From NCBI GenBank assembly GCA_028716245.1, contig JAQUQW010000002.1, positions 154,514-218,513 on the forward strand: 64,000 nucleotides of DNA, given 5' to 3'. This document shows positions 47,432 to 56,349 of this stretch, piece by piece. Position 1 is the stretch's first letter; every line of letters begins with the position of its first letter. Under the pieces are notes generated by a model. It ran no database searches. It was not told where the DNA came from and saw nothing but the letters and a program-made list of their open reading frames with translations. The DNA comes from Candidatus Omnitrophota bacterium. Its GTDB lineage: Bacteria > Omnitrophota > Gorgyraeia > Gygaellales > Profunditerraquicolaceae. The position numbers and the translations under genes were made by a program.

Positions 47432-47578
47432 GGACTTTGTCGCGTGCGAAATTTTTCGCCGTGTGCTGCGTTTACGACTCACTCTCGGACTGACTTACGT
47501 TGTGTGAAGGTCCTCCGTTCGTCGTAATTCCTTGCACACAGTTGCCGAAAAATTTCTAATTGCACGCTTACAAAGTCC
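47432..47578. ncRNA. 147-nt element with long nested inverted repeats (structured RNA or MITE-like), grx-trxB spacer
   Basis: 5-prime arm GGACTTTGT..GCGTGC..AAATTTTTCG..GTGTGC..TTACGAC pairs in order with the 3-prime arm GTCGTAA..GCACAC..CGAAAAATTT..GCACGC..ACAAAGTCC around an approximately 45-nt core. Confidence 0.4.
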
Positions 47579-47601
47579 TTCGACAAAATATAATTAACAT
47601 T

Positions 47602-48513
47602 ATGTATATCTACGATTTGATTATTATCGGGGCAGGGCCGGCGGGAATTACCGCCAGTGTTTACGCCGCCAGAAAAAAGTTGGATTTTCTGGTGATCAGC
47701 CTGGATATCGGCGGCCAGACCGCCTGGAGCGGTGATATCGAAAATTATACAGGATACCAATTCATTACCGGCCCGGAGTTAACCCGGAAGTTCGAAGAAC
47801 ATATGCGTAAATACGGCATTGCCTTAAAAGAAAATGAAGAAGTTTTAGGGCTTGAGAAAACCGCCGAGGTATTTTTAGTAAAAACCAATAAAGCGGATTA
47901 TCAAGCCCACAGCGTGATTATTGCTTCCGGGAAAAAATCCAGAGAGCTGGGGGTTCCGGGGGAAAAAGAATTCAAGAATCACGGCCTGACATATTGCGCT
48001 ACCTGCGATGGTCCATTATTTGCGGGCAAGGTTGTGGCGGTAATCGGAGGCGGTAACTCCGCGCTGGATGCCAGCCTGCAACTGATAAAAATCGCCAAGC
48101 ATATCTATATTATCAACAATACCGAGCGCTTGGCCGGCGATGCGATAATGCTTCAGAAAGTCCAAGAAGCCGGCAATGTGACGATTTTAAATAATCATCA
48201 GGTTAGTGCCGTCCTGGGGGATAAATTTGTCCGCGCGATTAAAATCAAAAATAAGGACCAGGAAAAAGAGTTGGCTGTCGAGGGAGTATTTGTGGAGATT
48301 GGGCTTATCCCTAATTCCGGGTTCCTTAAAGGTATAGAAAAGAACGCCTGGAATGAAATAAATATAAATTTAGATAACCAAACCAATATCCCGGGAATAT
48401 TTGCCGCCGGCGATGTTACCAATGTTCTGGAGAAACAGATTATTATTGCCGCCGGGGAAGGCTCAAAAGCCGCCTTAAGCGCTTTCCGTTATTTGGCCCA
48501 GAAAAAATTTTAG
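47602..48513 (+). CDS. trxB: Thioredoxin reductase
   Basis: IIIGAGPAG FAD motif, CATCDG redox-active disulfide, GGGNSA NADPH motif. Confidence 0.9.
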   Translation: MYIYDLIIIGAGPAGITASVYAARKKLDFLVISLDIGGQTAWSGDIENYTGYQFITGPELTRKFEEHMRKYGIALKENEEVLGLEKTAEVFLVKTNKADYQAHSVIIASGKKSRELGVPGEKEFKNHGLTYCATCDGPLFAGKVVAVIGGGNSALDASLQLIKIAKHIYIINNTERLAGDAIMLQKVQEAGNVTILNNHQVSAVLGDKFVRAIKIKNKDQEKELAVEGVFVEIGLIPNSGFLKGIEKNAWNEININLDNQTNIPGIFAAGDVTNVLEKQIIIAAGEGSKAALSAFRYLAQKKF

Positions 48514-48577
48514 AAAATAAGTTGCGGGTAATTCAGGCAATGGTACAATGAACTAAAAATTACAGGAGGAAAACAAG

Positions 48578-48799
48578 ATGAGAGACAGAATTGAAAAAGC
48601 GTTAGATAAAGTCCGGCCGATGCTGGCCGCCGACGGCGGAAATGTCGAATTGGTCGATGTCACCAGTGACGGGATAGTCAAGCTAAAGTTAAAAGGAAGC
48701 TGCGGATGCTGTCCGATGAGCTCGATGACTTTAAAGATGGGGATTGAAAAGATCTTAAGGCAGGAAGTCCCGGAAATAAAAGAAGTCATCGCTTTATAG
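48578..48799 (+). CDS. NifU-like (Nfu) Fe-S cluster carrier domain protein
   Basis: [13 protein letters not shown]...GSCGCCPMS is the Nfu C-terminal CxxC motif. Confidence 0.8.
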   Translation: MRDRIEKALDKVRPMLAADGGNVELVDVTSDGIVKLKLKGSCGCCPMSSMTLKMGIEKILRQEVPEIKEVIAL

Positions 48800-48812
48800 A
48801 AGAAATTTTCTG

Positions 48813-49616
48813 ATGGCTCTTCAGGATAAGCTGACTTTTCTTAAACGCAAAATTTGCGGATATAAATCCTGCGTCGTGGCGTTCTCCGGAGGACAAGACA
48901 GCGCGTTTTTGCTTAAAGTTTGTGCGCTGGCGCTGCCGGCGGATAGAATACTGGCGGTGACGGCAGTTTCTGCTACTTATCCGGAAGCAGAGCTGGCTAA
49001 GGCAAAAATATTGGCTAAAGATATCGGGGTAAGGCTTAAAGTAATCAATACTCGCGAACTGGATAATAAGAAGTTCGCCGCTAACCCCATTAAACGCTGC
49101 TATTTTTGCAAAAAAGAGCTTTTTTCAAAGTTAATTGCGATTGCCAGGCGGAATAAATTACATTCTGTTCTGGAGGCAAGCAACATTACCGATAAAAAAG
49201 ATTATCGGCCGGGAAATATTGCTAAGATTGAATTTAAAATCAAGTCACCTTTGGTGGAAGCTGGTTTTAGTAAAGAGGATATCCGTAAATTAAGCAAAAG
49301 GCTGGGGCTTTCCAGCTGGAATAAACCCAGTTTAGCCTGCTTAGCTTCGCGCATACCTTACGGCACTAAAATTACTGCCAAACTGCTTAGGCGTATCGAC
49401 CAGGCGGAAGAATATCTGGTTAGTCTGGGTTTCAAGCAGGTGCGCTTGCGCCATCATAACGGGCTCTGCCGCATTGAAGTGGATAAAAAAGACATGCCTG
49501 GCCTGTTAAAGAAACGTCAGGCGGTAGTTGAGCGTTTGAAAAATTTAGGGTATAATTATATCACCTTGGATTTAGAGGGGTATCGGCAGGGTAGTTTAAA
49601 TGAGGTAATCAGATGA
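48813..49616 (+). CDS. PP-loop ATP pyrophosphatase, LarE-like sacrificial sulfur transferase family
   Basis: VAFSGGQDS PP-loop and a conserved Cys (LACLASRIPYG) as in LarE/TIGR00268. Confidence 0.55.
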   Translation: MALQDKLTFLKRKICGYKSCVVAFSGGQDSAFLLKVCALALPADRILAVTAVSATYPEAELAKAKILAKDIGVRLKVINTRELDNKKFAANPIKRCYFCKKELFSKLIAIARRNKLHSVLEASNITDKKDYRPGNIAKIEFKIKSPLVEAGFSKEDIRKLSKRLGLSSWNKPSLACLASRIPYGTKITAKLLRRIDQAEEYLVSLGFKQVRLRHHNGLCRIEVDKKDMPGLLKKRQAVVERLKNLGYNYITLDLEGYRQGSLNEVIR

Positions 49617-50782
49617 AAAAAGTATATTTAGATTACGCGGCAACTACGCCAACTGACCCGGAAGTTATGGCGGCGATGGAGCCGTATTATTTTGAGAAAT
49701 TCGGTAATGCCTCCAGCCTTCACGCTTACGGCCAGGAGGCCAAGAAGGCCCTTGAGGATAGCCGCCAAACACTGGCGGATTTTATCGGGGCAAAACCCGA
49801 AGAGATTGTTTTTACCTCCGGCGGAACAGAATCGGATAATTCCGCGCTTTTGGGCGCGGCCTACGCGTTAGAAAAAAAAGGCAATCATATCATTACTTCT
49901 GCCATTGAACATCACGCGATTATCGAGCCGGCAAAATTCCTGGAGAAAAAAGGGTTCAAGGTTACTTATCTGGGCGTGGATAAAGACGGCCTGGTTTCCG
50001 GCGATGATTTAAAAAAGGCAATTACGGATAAAACTATCCTGATCAGCGTTATGCATGCCAATAATGAGATCGGCACGCTGCAGCCGATTGAGCAACTGGG
50101 CAAGATCGCCAAAGAGCAAGGAATTTATTTTCATACCGACGCGGTGCAGACGCTTGGGCATATCCCGATAAACGTTGGCCAACTCAACGTTGATCTCTTA
50201 TCGCTTTCGGCCCACAAATTTTACGGGCCCAAGGGAGTAGGCGCTTTGTATATTCGAAAAGGCACGCGTTTAGAAACATTCCTGCGCGGCGGAGACCAGG
50301 AAAGAGGCCGGCGCGCTTCCACGCATAATATCACCGGCATCGTCGGTTTGGCCAAGGCAATTGAGCTTTGCCAGGAAAAAATGGAGAGTGAAATTAAATT
50401 CCAGAGCGCCCTGCGCGACCGGCTGATTAAAGAGATTCCCCTTAAGGTTCCCGAAGTCAGGCTTAATGGGCATGCGCAAAAGCGCCTGCCGAATAATGTG
50501 AATTTTTCGATTAAATACATTGAAGGGGAGTCAATGCTTTTGAGCCTGGATCTGCTGGGGATTGCCTGTTCCACCGGCTCAGCCTGCACTTCCAGCTCTC
50601 TTGAACCTTCACATGTTTTATTGGCAATTGGTTTAGACCACGCAACCGCCCACGGCTCACTTAGGATAACCCTCGGCCGTTTTACCCGTGAAAGCGATAT
50701 CGATTATCTTCTGGAGAAATTACCCCTGGTTGTGCAAAAGCTGCGCGCCATGTCCCCGCTTTATGAGAGAAAAAATCCTTGA
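49613..50782 (+). CDS. nifS: Cysteine desulfurase (NifS/IscS)
   Basis: YLDYAATTP, PLP Lys in SAHKFYGPKG, active-site Cys in SSGSACTSSS. Confidence 0.9.
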   Translation: MKKVYLDYAATTPTDPEVMAAMEPYYFEKFGNASSLHAYGQEAKKALEDSRQTLADFIGAKPEEIVFTSGGTESDNSALLGAAYALEKKGNHIITSAIEHHAIIEPAKFLEKKGFKVTYLGVDKDGLVSGDDLKKAITDKTILISVMHANNEIGTLQPIEQLGKIAKEQGIYFHTDAVQTLGHIPINVGQLNVDLLSLSAHKFYGPKGVGALYIRKGTRLETFLRGGDQERGRRASTHNITGIVGLAKAIELCQEKMESEIKFQSALRDRLIKEIPLKVPEVRLNGHAQKRLPNNVNFSIKYIEGESMLLSLDLLGIACSTGSACTSSSLEPSHVLLAIGLDHATAHGSLRITLGRFTRESDIDYLLEKLPLVVQKLRAMSPLYERKNP

Positions 50783-51719
50783 TTATTTAAACAAAAAACA
50801 CGACTATCTCTCCGGGGATGAAATCAGCAGGCACCTGGGGATCAGCCGCCAGGGTTTATGGAAGCATATCCAGGAGTTAAAAGATTCCGGTTATGAAATA
50901 GTTGCTGTCCCGCATTTAGGCTACCGGCTTGAGTCCAGCCCGGATCGGCTTTTCCCTTTTGAAATTTCACGTAATCTCCATACAAAATTTATCGGTAAAA
51001 AAATCCATTATTTTGATTATTTGGCTTCCACGATGGATCTGGCGATGCAGTTGGGCCTGCAGGGGGCTGGCGATGGGGCGCTGGTATTGGCGGAATCGCA
51101 GACCAAGGGGCGCGGCAGGCTGGGCAGGAGCTGGTTTTCTCCAAAATACAAAGGGATTTACCTGTCTTTGATTTTAAGGCCTAAGTTTGCCCCGGCGGTT
51201 TCCCCGATTTTAACGCTGCTGAGTGCGGTAAGCATCTGCGAGGCAGTCAAGAATGTTACCGGCCTGGACGCGCAGATTAAATGGCCTAATGACGTATTCA
51301 TCCACAATAAAAAATTTGCCGGCATACTTACCGAGATGAATGCCGAGGTGGATAAAGTTAATTTTGTAGTCATTGGCATTGGTTTAAATGTCAATAATGA
51401 CAAAAAATCTCTGATTGCCCAGGCGACTTCGTTAAAAGAGCAGCTTGGCCATCCGCTAAGCCGTCTTGTCCTGCTGCAGGAGCTCTTGCGCAGGATGGAG
51501 GGTAATTATTTTCTCTTAGAGGATAAGGGGAACCGAGTGATCATCGATAAATGGCGTAATTTCAGCGCTACTTTAGGCAGGCACGTTAAGGTGTATTGCC
51601 AGAACAAGCATATCGAAGGATGCGCCGTGGATATCGACGGTGATGGAAGCCTGCTTGTCCGCAAAGCCTCCGGGATCATCCAAAAGATCTCCAGCGGTGA
51701 CGTCATGCATTGCCGGTAA
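50763..51719 (+). CDS. birA: Bifunctional biotin-protein ligase / bio repressor BirA (HTH + ligase)
   Basis: N-terminal HTH (LSGDEISRHLGISRQGLWKHIQEL), GRGRLGRSW biotin-binding loop, C-terminal SH3-like domain. Confidence 0.85.
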   Translation: MREKILDYLNKKHDYLSGDEISRHLGISRQGLWKHIQELKDSGYEIVAVPHLGYRLESSPDRLFPFEISRNLHTKFIGKKIHYFDYLASTMDLAMQLGLQGAGDGALVLAESQTKGRGRLGRSWFSPKYKGIYLSLILRPKFAPAVSPILTLLSAVSICEAVKNVTGLDAQIKWPNDVFIHNKKFAGILTEMNAEVDKVNFVVIGIGLNVNNDKKSLIAQATSLKEQLGHPLSRLVLLQELLRRMEGNYFLLEDKGNRVIIDKWRNFSATLGRHVKVYCQNKHIEGCAVDIDGDGSLLVRKASGIIQKISSGDVMHCR

Positions 51720-51829
51720 TGGGGGCTGTTTTTTTTATAGTCAGATAAGATTTTGTTGTTAGATTTGGCCTTTTCTTGCGTCAATTGGGCTAGAAGAGAT
51801 TCTACTAACGCGCAAGAGGGGAGGAGCAT

Positions 51830-52648
51830 ATGAAAACAAGAATAGCGGTGTTTAAAGGGCAGAAGGTACGAAAAACTATTCATAATAATGAATGGTGGTT
51901 TGTGGTTGAGGATGTAGTTTTGGTTTTGACTGATTCAAGCGATCCGAAGCAGTACATCCAAAGGATGAAACAGCGGGATGAGGAGCTTGCTAAAGGGTGG
52001 GTACAAATTGTACATACCCTTGCTATTGGAACCGTAGGCGGTAAACAGCGGATGCTTTGCGCTAATACAGAGGGCATTTTCCGTATTATTCAGTCAATCC
52101 CATCGCCCAAGGCAGAACCTTTTAAGCTATGGCTGGCCAGAGTGGGATATGAAAGGATTAAGGAGATAGAAGATCCCGAGCTTGCCACGAAAAGGACCCG
52201 CGCGCTCTACAAAGCCAAGGGGTATAGTGATGATTGGATAGAGAAGAGAATGCGCGGCATTGCTATCCGCGAAGAGTTAACCGATCAATGGGAGAAAAGA
52301 GGCATAAAGCAGGCTAAGGAATATGAAATCCTGACTGCTGAGATATCAAGCGCGACATTCGGCATGACTCCATCGGCGTATAAAAAATACAAAAAATTAA
52401 AACGGGAAAATCTGCGGGATCACATGACGGATTTAGAGCTGATTTTTTCCATGCTTGGGGAGGCCTCAACAAAAGAAATCGCCGTTAATAAAGATGCGCG
52501 GGGATTTGTTGAGAATAAACAGGCGGCGCATGAGGGCGGAACCGTTGCCGGAAACGCGAGGAAGGAATTAGAGAAAAAGAGCGGCAAGAGAGTGTCAACG
52601 CGCGAAAATTATTTAAAGGGGCCGCAAGATAAGAGCTTATTGAAGTAG
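51830..52648 (+). CDS. DinD-like / Bro-N domain protein (DNA-damage-inducible protein D family)
   Basis: WWFVVEDVVLVLTDSSDPKQYIQRMKQRD, GGKQRMLCANTEGIFRIIQSIPSPKAEPFKLWLARVGYERI closely follows the DinD/Bro-N signature. Confidence 0.55.
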   Translation: MKTRIAVFKGQKVRKTIHNNEWWFVVEDVVLVLTDSSDPKQYIQRMKQRDEELAKGWVQIVHTLAIGTVGGKQRMLCANTEGIFRIIQSIPSPKAEPFKLWLARVGYERIKEIEDPELATKRTRALYKAKGYSDDWIEKRMRGIAIREELTDQWEKRGIKQAKEYEILTAEISSATFGMTPSAYKKYKKLKRENLRDHMTDLELIFSMLGEASTKEIAVNKDARGFVENKQAAHEGGTVAGNARKELEKKSGKRVSTRENYLKGPQDKSLLK

Positions 52649-52726
52649 GCAAAAAACTATGGGATGTTTCGGGTTTTTAAAAAAGATGAAGTAGTGATAA
52701 ATAGCCGTTTCTATTTTTTTCGGTAA

Positions 52727-52939
52727 TTAAAATTCCAACAATTTAGAAGGTTTAATTTTAAATGCATTGGCAATTTTTTCTACTGAGTTCAGAGTAGGAG
52801 AAGAAGGTCTCTTACCTTCCAACCGCTGAATGTATTTATAGTCGAGCCCTGAAGCCTCAGAAAGACCTTCCTGCGTCAGTTTATTTTCCTTCCTTAATTC
52901 CTTTAAGCGCCTACCAAATCTAACATTGATGTTTTCCAT
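52727..52939 (-). CDS. XRE-family (Cro/CI-type HTH) transcriptional regulator
   Basis: 70 aa. FGRRLKELRKENKLTQEGLSEASGLDYKYIQRLE is a canonical HTH_3. Confidence 0.85.
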   Translation of the reverse strand: MENINVRFGRRLKELRKENKLTQEGLSEASGLDYKYIQRLEGKRPSSPTLNSVEKIANAFKIKPSKLLEF

Positions 52940-52973
52940 TTGTTTATATTTTCCAATAGAACTCTTCTTTTGA

Positions 52974-53022
52974 ACACCTACAATTGTAGGTGTTTTCTAT
53001 TTACACCTATTAAATTAGGTGG
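52974..53022. promoter_or_regulatory. Two related 20-bp palindromic operators (ACACCTA-N6-TAGGTGT and ACACCTA-N6-TAGGTGG) 29 bp apart
   Basis: 52974-52993 is a perfect palindrome. 53003-53022 shares the half-site. Both sit in the divergent region next to the XRE gene. Confidence 0.6.
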
Positions 53023-53175
53023 TAATCTATATTGAATTTCATAGGAGATCTTCTATAAAGATATGGCGAATAAACAAAATTACCTTTTTGAAGCTGTTGT
53101 CCATTATTTATTAATCTTCCAAAAGGCAGGGTATTAGATTTAGGTTGTGGAGATGGAGATTAAGGAGGGTTAAAA

Positions 53176-53436
53176 ATGCCTAGAAAACCAAAATTCAGGC
53201 CGGTAATTACGCGGGTAAAACTTAATCCAGAGCAGGCGGTGTTGTCGTGTAATTGTTATTATCTCGGAAAACAAGATTCAATTTCATTGGCTTGGCGTAC
53301 TGACATAGTTCCGTTACAAACGGGGTGGTGCGTAGGCGGTTTTAAGTCGCTTGCTCCTTATGGGCGTTGTGATAGTCATACGAAGGGTCGGTATGCAGTA
53401 ACTGGTGATTATGAAGTAGCCTCCGCAAATAGTTAA
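53176..53436 (+). CDS. Small Cys-rich hypothetical protein (86 aa)
   Basis: Basic N-terminus MPRKPKFRPVITRVKLNPEQ, Cys in SCNCYY, GWCVGG and GRCDSH. Good SD AAGGAGGG upstream. Confidence 0.4.
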   Translation: MPRKPKFRPVITRVKLNPEQAVLSCNCYYLGKQDSISLAWRTDIVPLQTGWCVGGFKSLAPYGRCDSHTKGRYAVTGDYEVASANS

Positions 53437-53549
53437 ATTCTTTTGAGAATTCCGGGGACATAATATTTATTTCAAAAGATAAGCAGCTGAAACAAATAAA
53501 TAGAACTGTTTCCCTGATTTTGCTATGTAAACCGTTAAATAAAATTAAG

Positions 53550-53578
53550 TTGACAATATCTCAGCTCTTTTCTATACT
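53550..53578 (+). promoter_or_regulatory. Sigma70-like promoter TTGACA-N17-TATACT for the bio operon
   Basis: Read from the sequence. A single TGTAAACC motif (BirA half-site-like) lies at 53525-53532. Confidence 0.5.
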
Positions 53579-53616
53579 GAAATCATATGAGCTGGGATTT
53601 TTTTATAAAGGATACT

Positions 53617-54534
53617 ATGGAAAAGAAAGCTATCGCTAAACTTTTGGAATTGCCTTTGGCTGAGCTTATCGGTAGGGCCGATAAGGTAAGAAAGCAGTTT
53701 GCCGGCAACAGGGTGGAATTATGCAATATACTCAACGCCAAGTCGGGTTTATGCCCCGAGGATTGCAAATTTTGCGCCCAATCCGCCAGGCATAAGACCG
53801 GCAGCCAGGCCTATCCTCTTAAAAGCAAAGCAGAGATGCTGGAAGCCGCCCGGCGCGCCAAAGTAATCGGCGCGGAGAGATTCGATATTGTGACCAGCGG
53901 GGATAAATTGTCTAAGGAAGATTTTGGCGTGATTGTCGATGCGATTAAGGAAATAACCAGGGAGGTTAAAATCAAGACCTGCGCTTCGCTGGGGAGCATG
54001 GGGGATAAAGAGTTCTCTCTGCTTAAAGCAGCAGGGCTTTCCCGTTATCACCATAATATCGAAAGTTCTCCCCGGTTTTTTGCCAAGATAGTTTCCACGC
54101 ATACCTTTGAAGATAGGTTAAAGACGATTAAGGCGGCAAAGCGCGCCGGTTTAGAGGTTTGTTCCGGAGGTATCATCGGCATGGGTGAAACAATGGAGGA
54201 CAGGATTGAAATGGCGCTGATATTAAAAGAGTTAGATGTTGACTCTGTCCCCCTGAATATTTTAGTTCCGATACCCGGAACCCCGTTGGGAAACAATACG
54301 GTTTTGTCTTGCCAGGAAGTAATCCGGACTATCGCGATCTTCAGGATTATCTTGAAAGATAAAATAATAAAAATTGCCGCCGGCCGGGAATCGCTATTCA
54401 AAGATTTTCAGGCTTTAGGGTTTATGGCCGGAGCAAACGGCATGCTGATCGGCGGGTATCTGACGATTAAAGGAAGATCCGTGGAAGAGGACCGCAACCT
54501 GGTTAGCCAGATTGAGAAATTATGGCAGGCATAG
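53617..54534 (+). CDS. bioB: Biotin synthase
   Basis: CPEDCKFCAQS radical SAM motif plus 2Fe-2S ligand region. An alternative upstream start is at 53587. Confidence 0.9.
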   Translation: MEKKAIAKLLELPLAELIGRADKVRKQFAGNRVELCNILNAKSGLCPEDCKFCAQSARHKTGSQAYPLKSKAEMLEAARRAKVIGAERFDIVTSGDKLSKEDFGVIVDAIKEITREVKIKTCASLGSMGDKEFSLLKAAGLSRYHHNIESSPRFFAKIVSTHTFEDRLKTIKAAKRAGLEVCSGGIIGMGETMEDRIEMALILKELDVDSVPLNILVPIPGTPLGNNTVLSCQEVIRTIAIFRIILKDKIIKIAAGRESLFKDFQALGFMAGANGMLIGGYLTIKGRSVEEDRNLVSQIEKLWQA

Positions 54535-55673
54535 AAGAATTTTTAAAAGAACGGCAGGAGCAGGGATTGTTCAGGAGATTAAAACCCGCCTCTTTGCGTT
54601 TAGGCGGCAAAATTTATTTTGGAAATAAAGAATATGTCGATCTCTCCTCCAATGATTATCTGGGATTATCCGGCCATCCGGAACTTAAAAAAGCGGTAAT
54701 CGAGGCAACAGGCAAATTTGGTTCAGCCAGTTGCGCTTCCCGATTATTAAGCGGTGATTCAGAATTATTCCATGAGTTAGAAGACGCGGTAGCCAAATTC
54801 AAGGGCAAAGAAGCGGGGCTGGTCTTTAATTCCGGTTATCAAGCAAATGTTGGTATCATTAGCTCTCTTTTTACAAGAGGGGATTGTATTTTCTCCGATC
54901 GTCTTAATCACGCCAGCATTATTGATGGGATACTTTTATCGCAGGCGAGAATTTTTCGTTTCCAGCATAATGATTACGGGCACCTAGAGGCGCTTTTAAA
55001 AAAAGAAAGAGCTAAATTCAAGAACGCCCTGATTATTACTGAATCAATTTTTAGCATGGATGGGGATCGGGCTGCGCTAAAAGAGCCGGTGGGATTAAAA
55101 GAAAAATATAATTGCCGATTGATGGTTGATGAGGCACACGCCACCGGGGTCTTTGGAGACAACGGCAGCGGAGTAGTTGAGGAGGAGGGATTAAGCGCCC
55201 AAGTAGATTTGATTATGGGTACCTTTAGCAAGGCCTTAGCCGGTTTCGGCGCTTACCTGGCTACTTCCAAAAATATCGCGGATTATCTGGTGAATACCTG
55301 CAGGAGTTTTATTTATTCTACCGCCTTGCCTCCGGCGGTGATCGCCTCTAATTTAACCAGCCTTAAATTGGTTAAGGATGAGCCGCATCGGCGCAAAACA
55401 CTTTTGTCTTTGGCTAAAATGTTGCGCGAGAAATTGCAAGAAAAGGGTTTTTCCCCCAAAGGCGCTTCGCAAATTATTCCGTTAATCCTGGGAGACAATT
55501 TACGGGCGCTGGAATTTGCCAAAAAAATTCAAGAGCAGGGTTATTGGGTTTTAGCGGTAAGGCCTCCGACCGTGCCTGTGGGGCAGGCGCGCTTAAGGCT
55601 TTCCTTGAGTTATGACCATAACACGGAAACTTTAAATAAACTAATCGATGTTATCTCTGAAATCAGAATTTGA
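54522..55673 (+). CDS. bioF: 8-amino-7-oxononanoate synthase
   Basis: Class II aminotransferase fold with PLP Lys in GTFSKALAG. Confidence 0.85.
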   Translation: MAGIEEFLKERQEQGLFRRLKPASLRLGGKIYFGNKEYVDLSSNDYLGLSGHPELKKAVIEATGKFGSASCASRLLSGDSELFHELEDAVAKFKGKEAGLVFNSGYQANVGIISSLFTRGDCIFSDRLNHASIIDGILLSQARIFRFQHNDYGHLEALLKKERAKFKNALIITESIFSMDGDRAALKEPVGLKEKYNCRLMVDEAHATGVFGDNGSGVVEEEGLSAQVDLIMGTFSKALAGFGAYLATSKNIADYLVNTCRSFIYSTALPPAVIASNLTSLKLVKDEPHRRKTLLSLAKMLREKLQEKGFSPKGASQIIPLILGDNLRALEFAKKIQEQGYWVLAVRPPTVPVGQARLRLSLSYDHNTETLNKLIDVISEIRI

Positions 55674-56349
55674 ATTCCGCGACCGGGGTTTTAAGGATGT
55701 CCTGGTTCTTATTCCCGGTTGGGCAACTGACTGGCGAATATTTGAGGGTTTGGAATTAGATTATAATTATCTTTTGTCAACTAAACTGAATACTTCTGAT
55801 TTTAATCAGCAGCTTTTGAGCCGGATGGAGCAGCTCAAAATCAGTAAGGTTTCTGTGCTCGGCTTTTCTTTAGGCGGGTTTTTAGCAGCCGAGTTTGCCT
55901 GTGCCTATCCTGAGAAGACAGCCAAACTTATCCTTGCAAGCGTGCGCAAGCGCTATGATCCGCAATTATTGGAAAATATTAGAAGTCAAATCCGCTCGGA
56001 TCGGCAGCCATGGCTCTATAAATTCTATCTTAACTGTTTCTCCAAGGCTGATATTCGTGGCAGGGATTGGTTTAGGAAGAATTTGTTAAAAGATTATCTG
56101 GATAAGTTAAGCTCCGATGAACTCATCCAGGGGCTTGATTATTTAGCCGCTTGCGCGTTAAACCTTAAGATTCTCAAAAGCATAGAAGATCTCAGGATGT
56201 TCCACGGTAGTGATGATAGTGTCGCTCCGGTCAAGGAGGCTTTAGAGATTAAAGCGGATTTACCGCAAGCCAAATTTACGCTGCTTGCGGATAGAGGGCA
56301 TCTGTTTTTCTTAAGCGGGGATTTTAGGGAGAAGTTCTACAATGGATAA
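55648..56349 (+). CDS. Pimeloyl-ACP methyl ester esterase (BioH/BioG-like alpha/beta hydrolase)
   Basis: GFSLGG nucleophile elbow. Lies between bioF and bioC. Confidence 0.55.
   Translation: MLSLKSEFEFRDRGFKDVLVLIPGWATDWRIFEGLELDYNYLLSTKLNTSDFNQQLLSRMEQLKISKVSVLGFSLGGFLAAEFACAYPEKTAKLILASVRKRYDPQLLENIRSQIRSDRQPWLYKFYLNCFSKADIRGRDWFRKNLLKDYLDKLSSDELIQGLDYLAACALNLKILKSIEDLRMFHGSDDSVAPVKEALEIKADLPQAKFTLLADRGHLFFLSGDFREKFYNG

Noticed and set aside
53525-53532. BirA operator (bioO) upstream of bioB
   Set aside because: Only one TGTAAACC half-site is present. No inverted partner GGTTTACA lies within 60 bp, so a bioO call is not supported from sequence alone.
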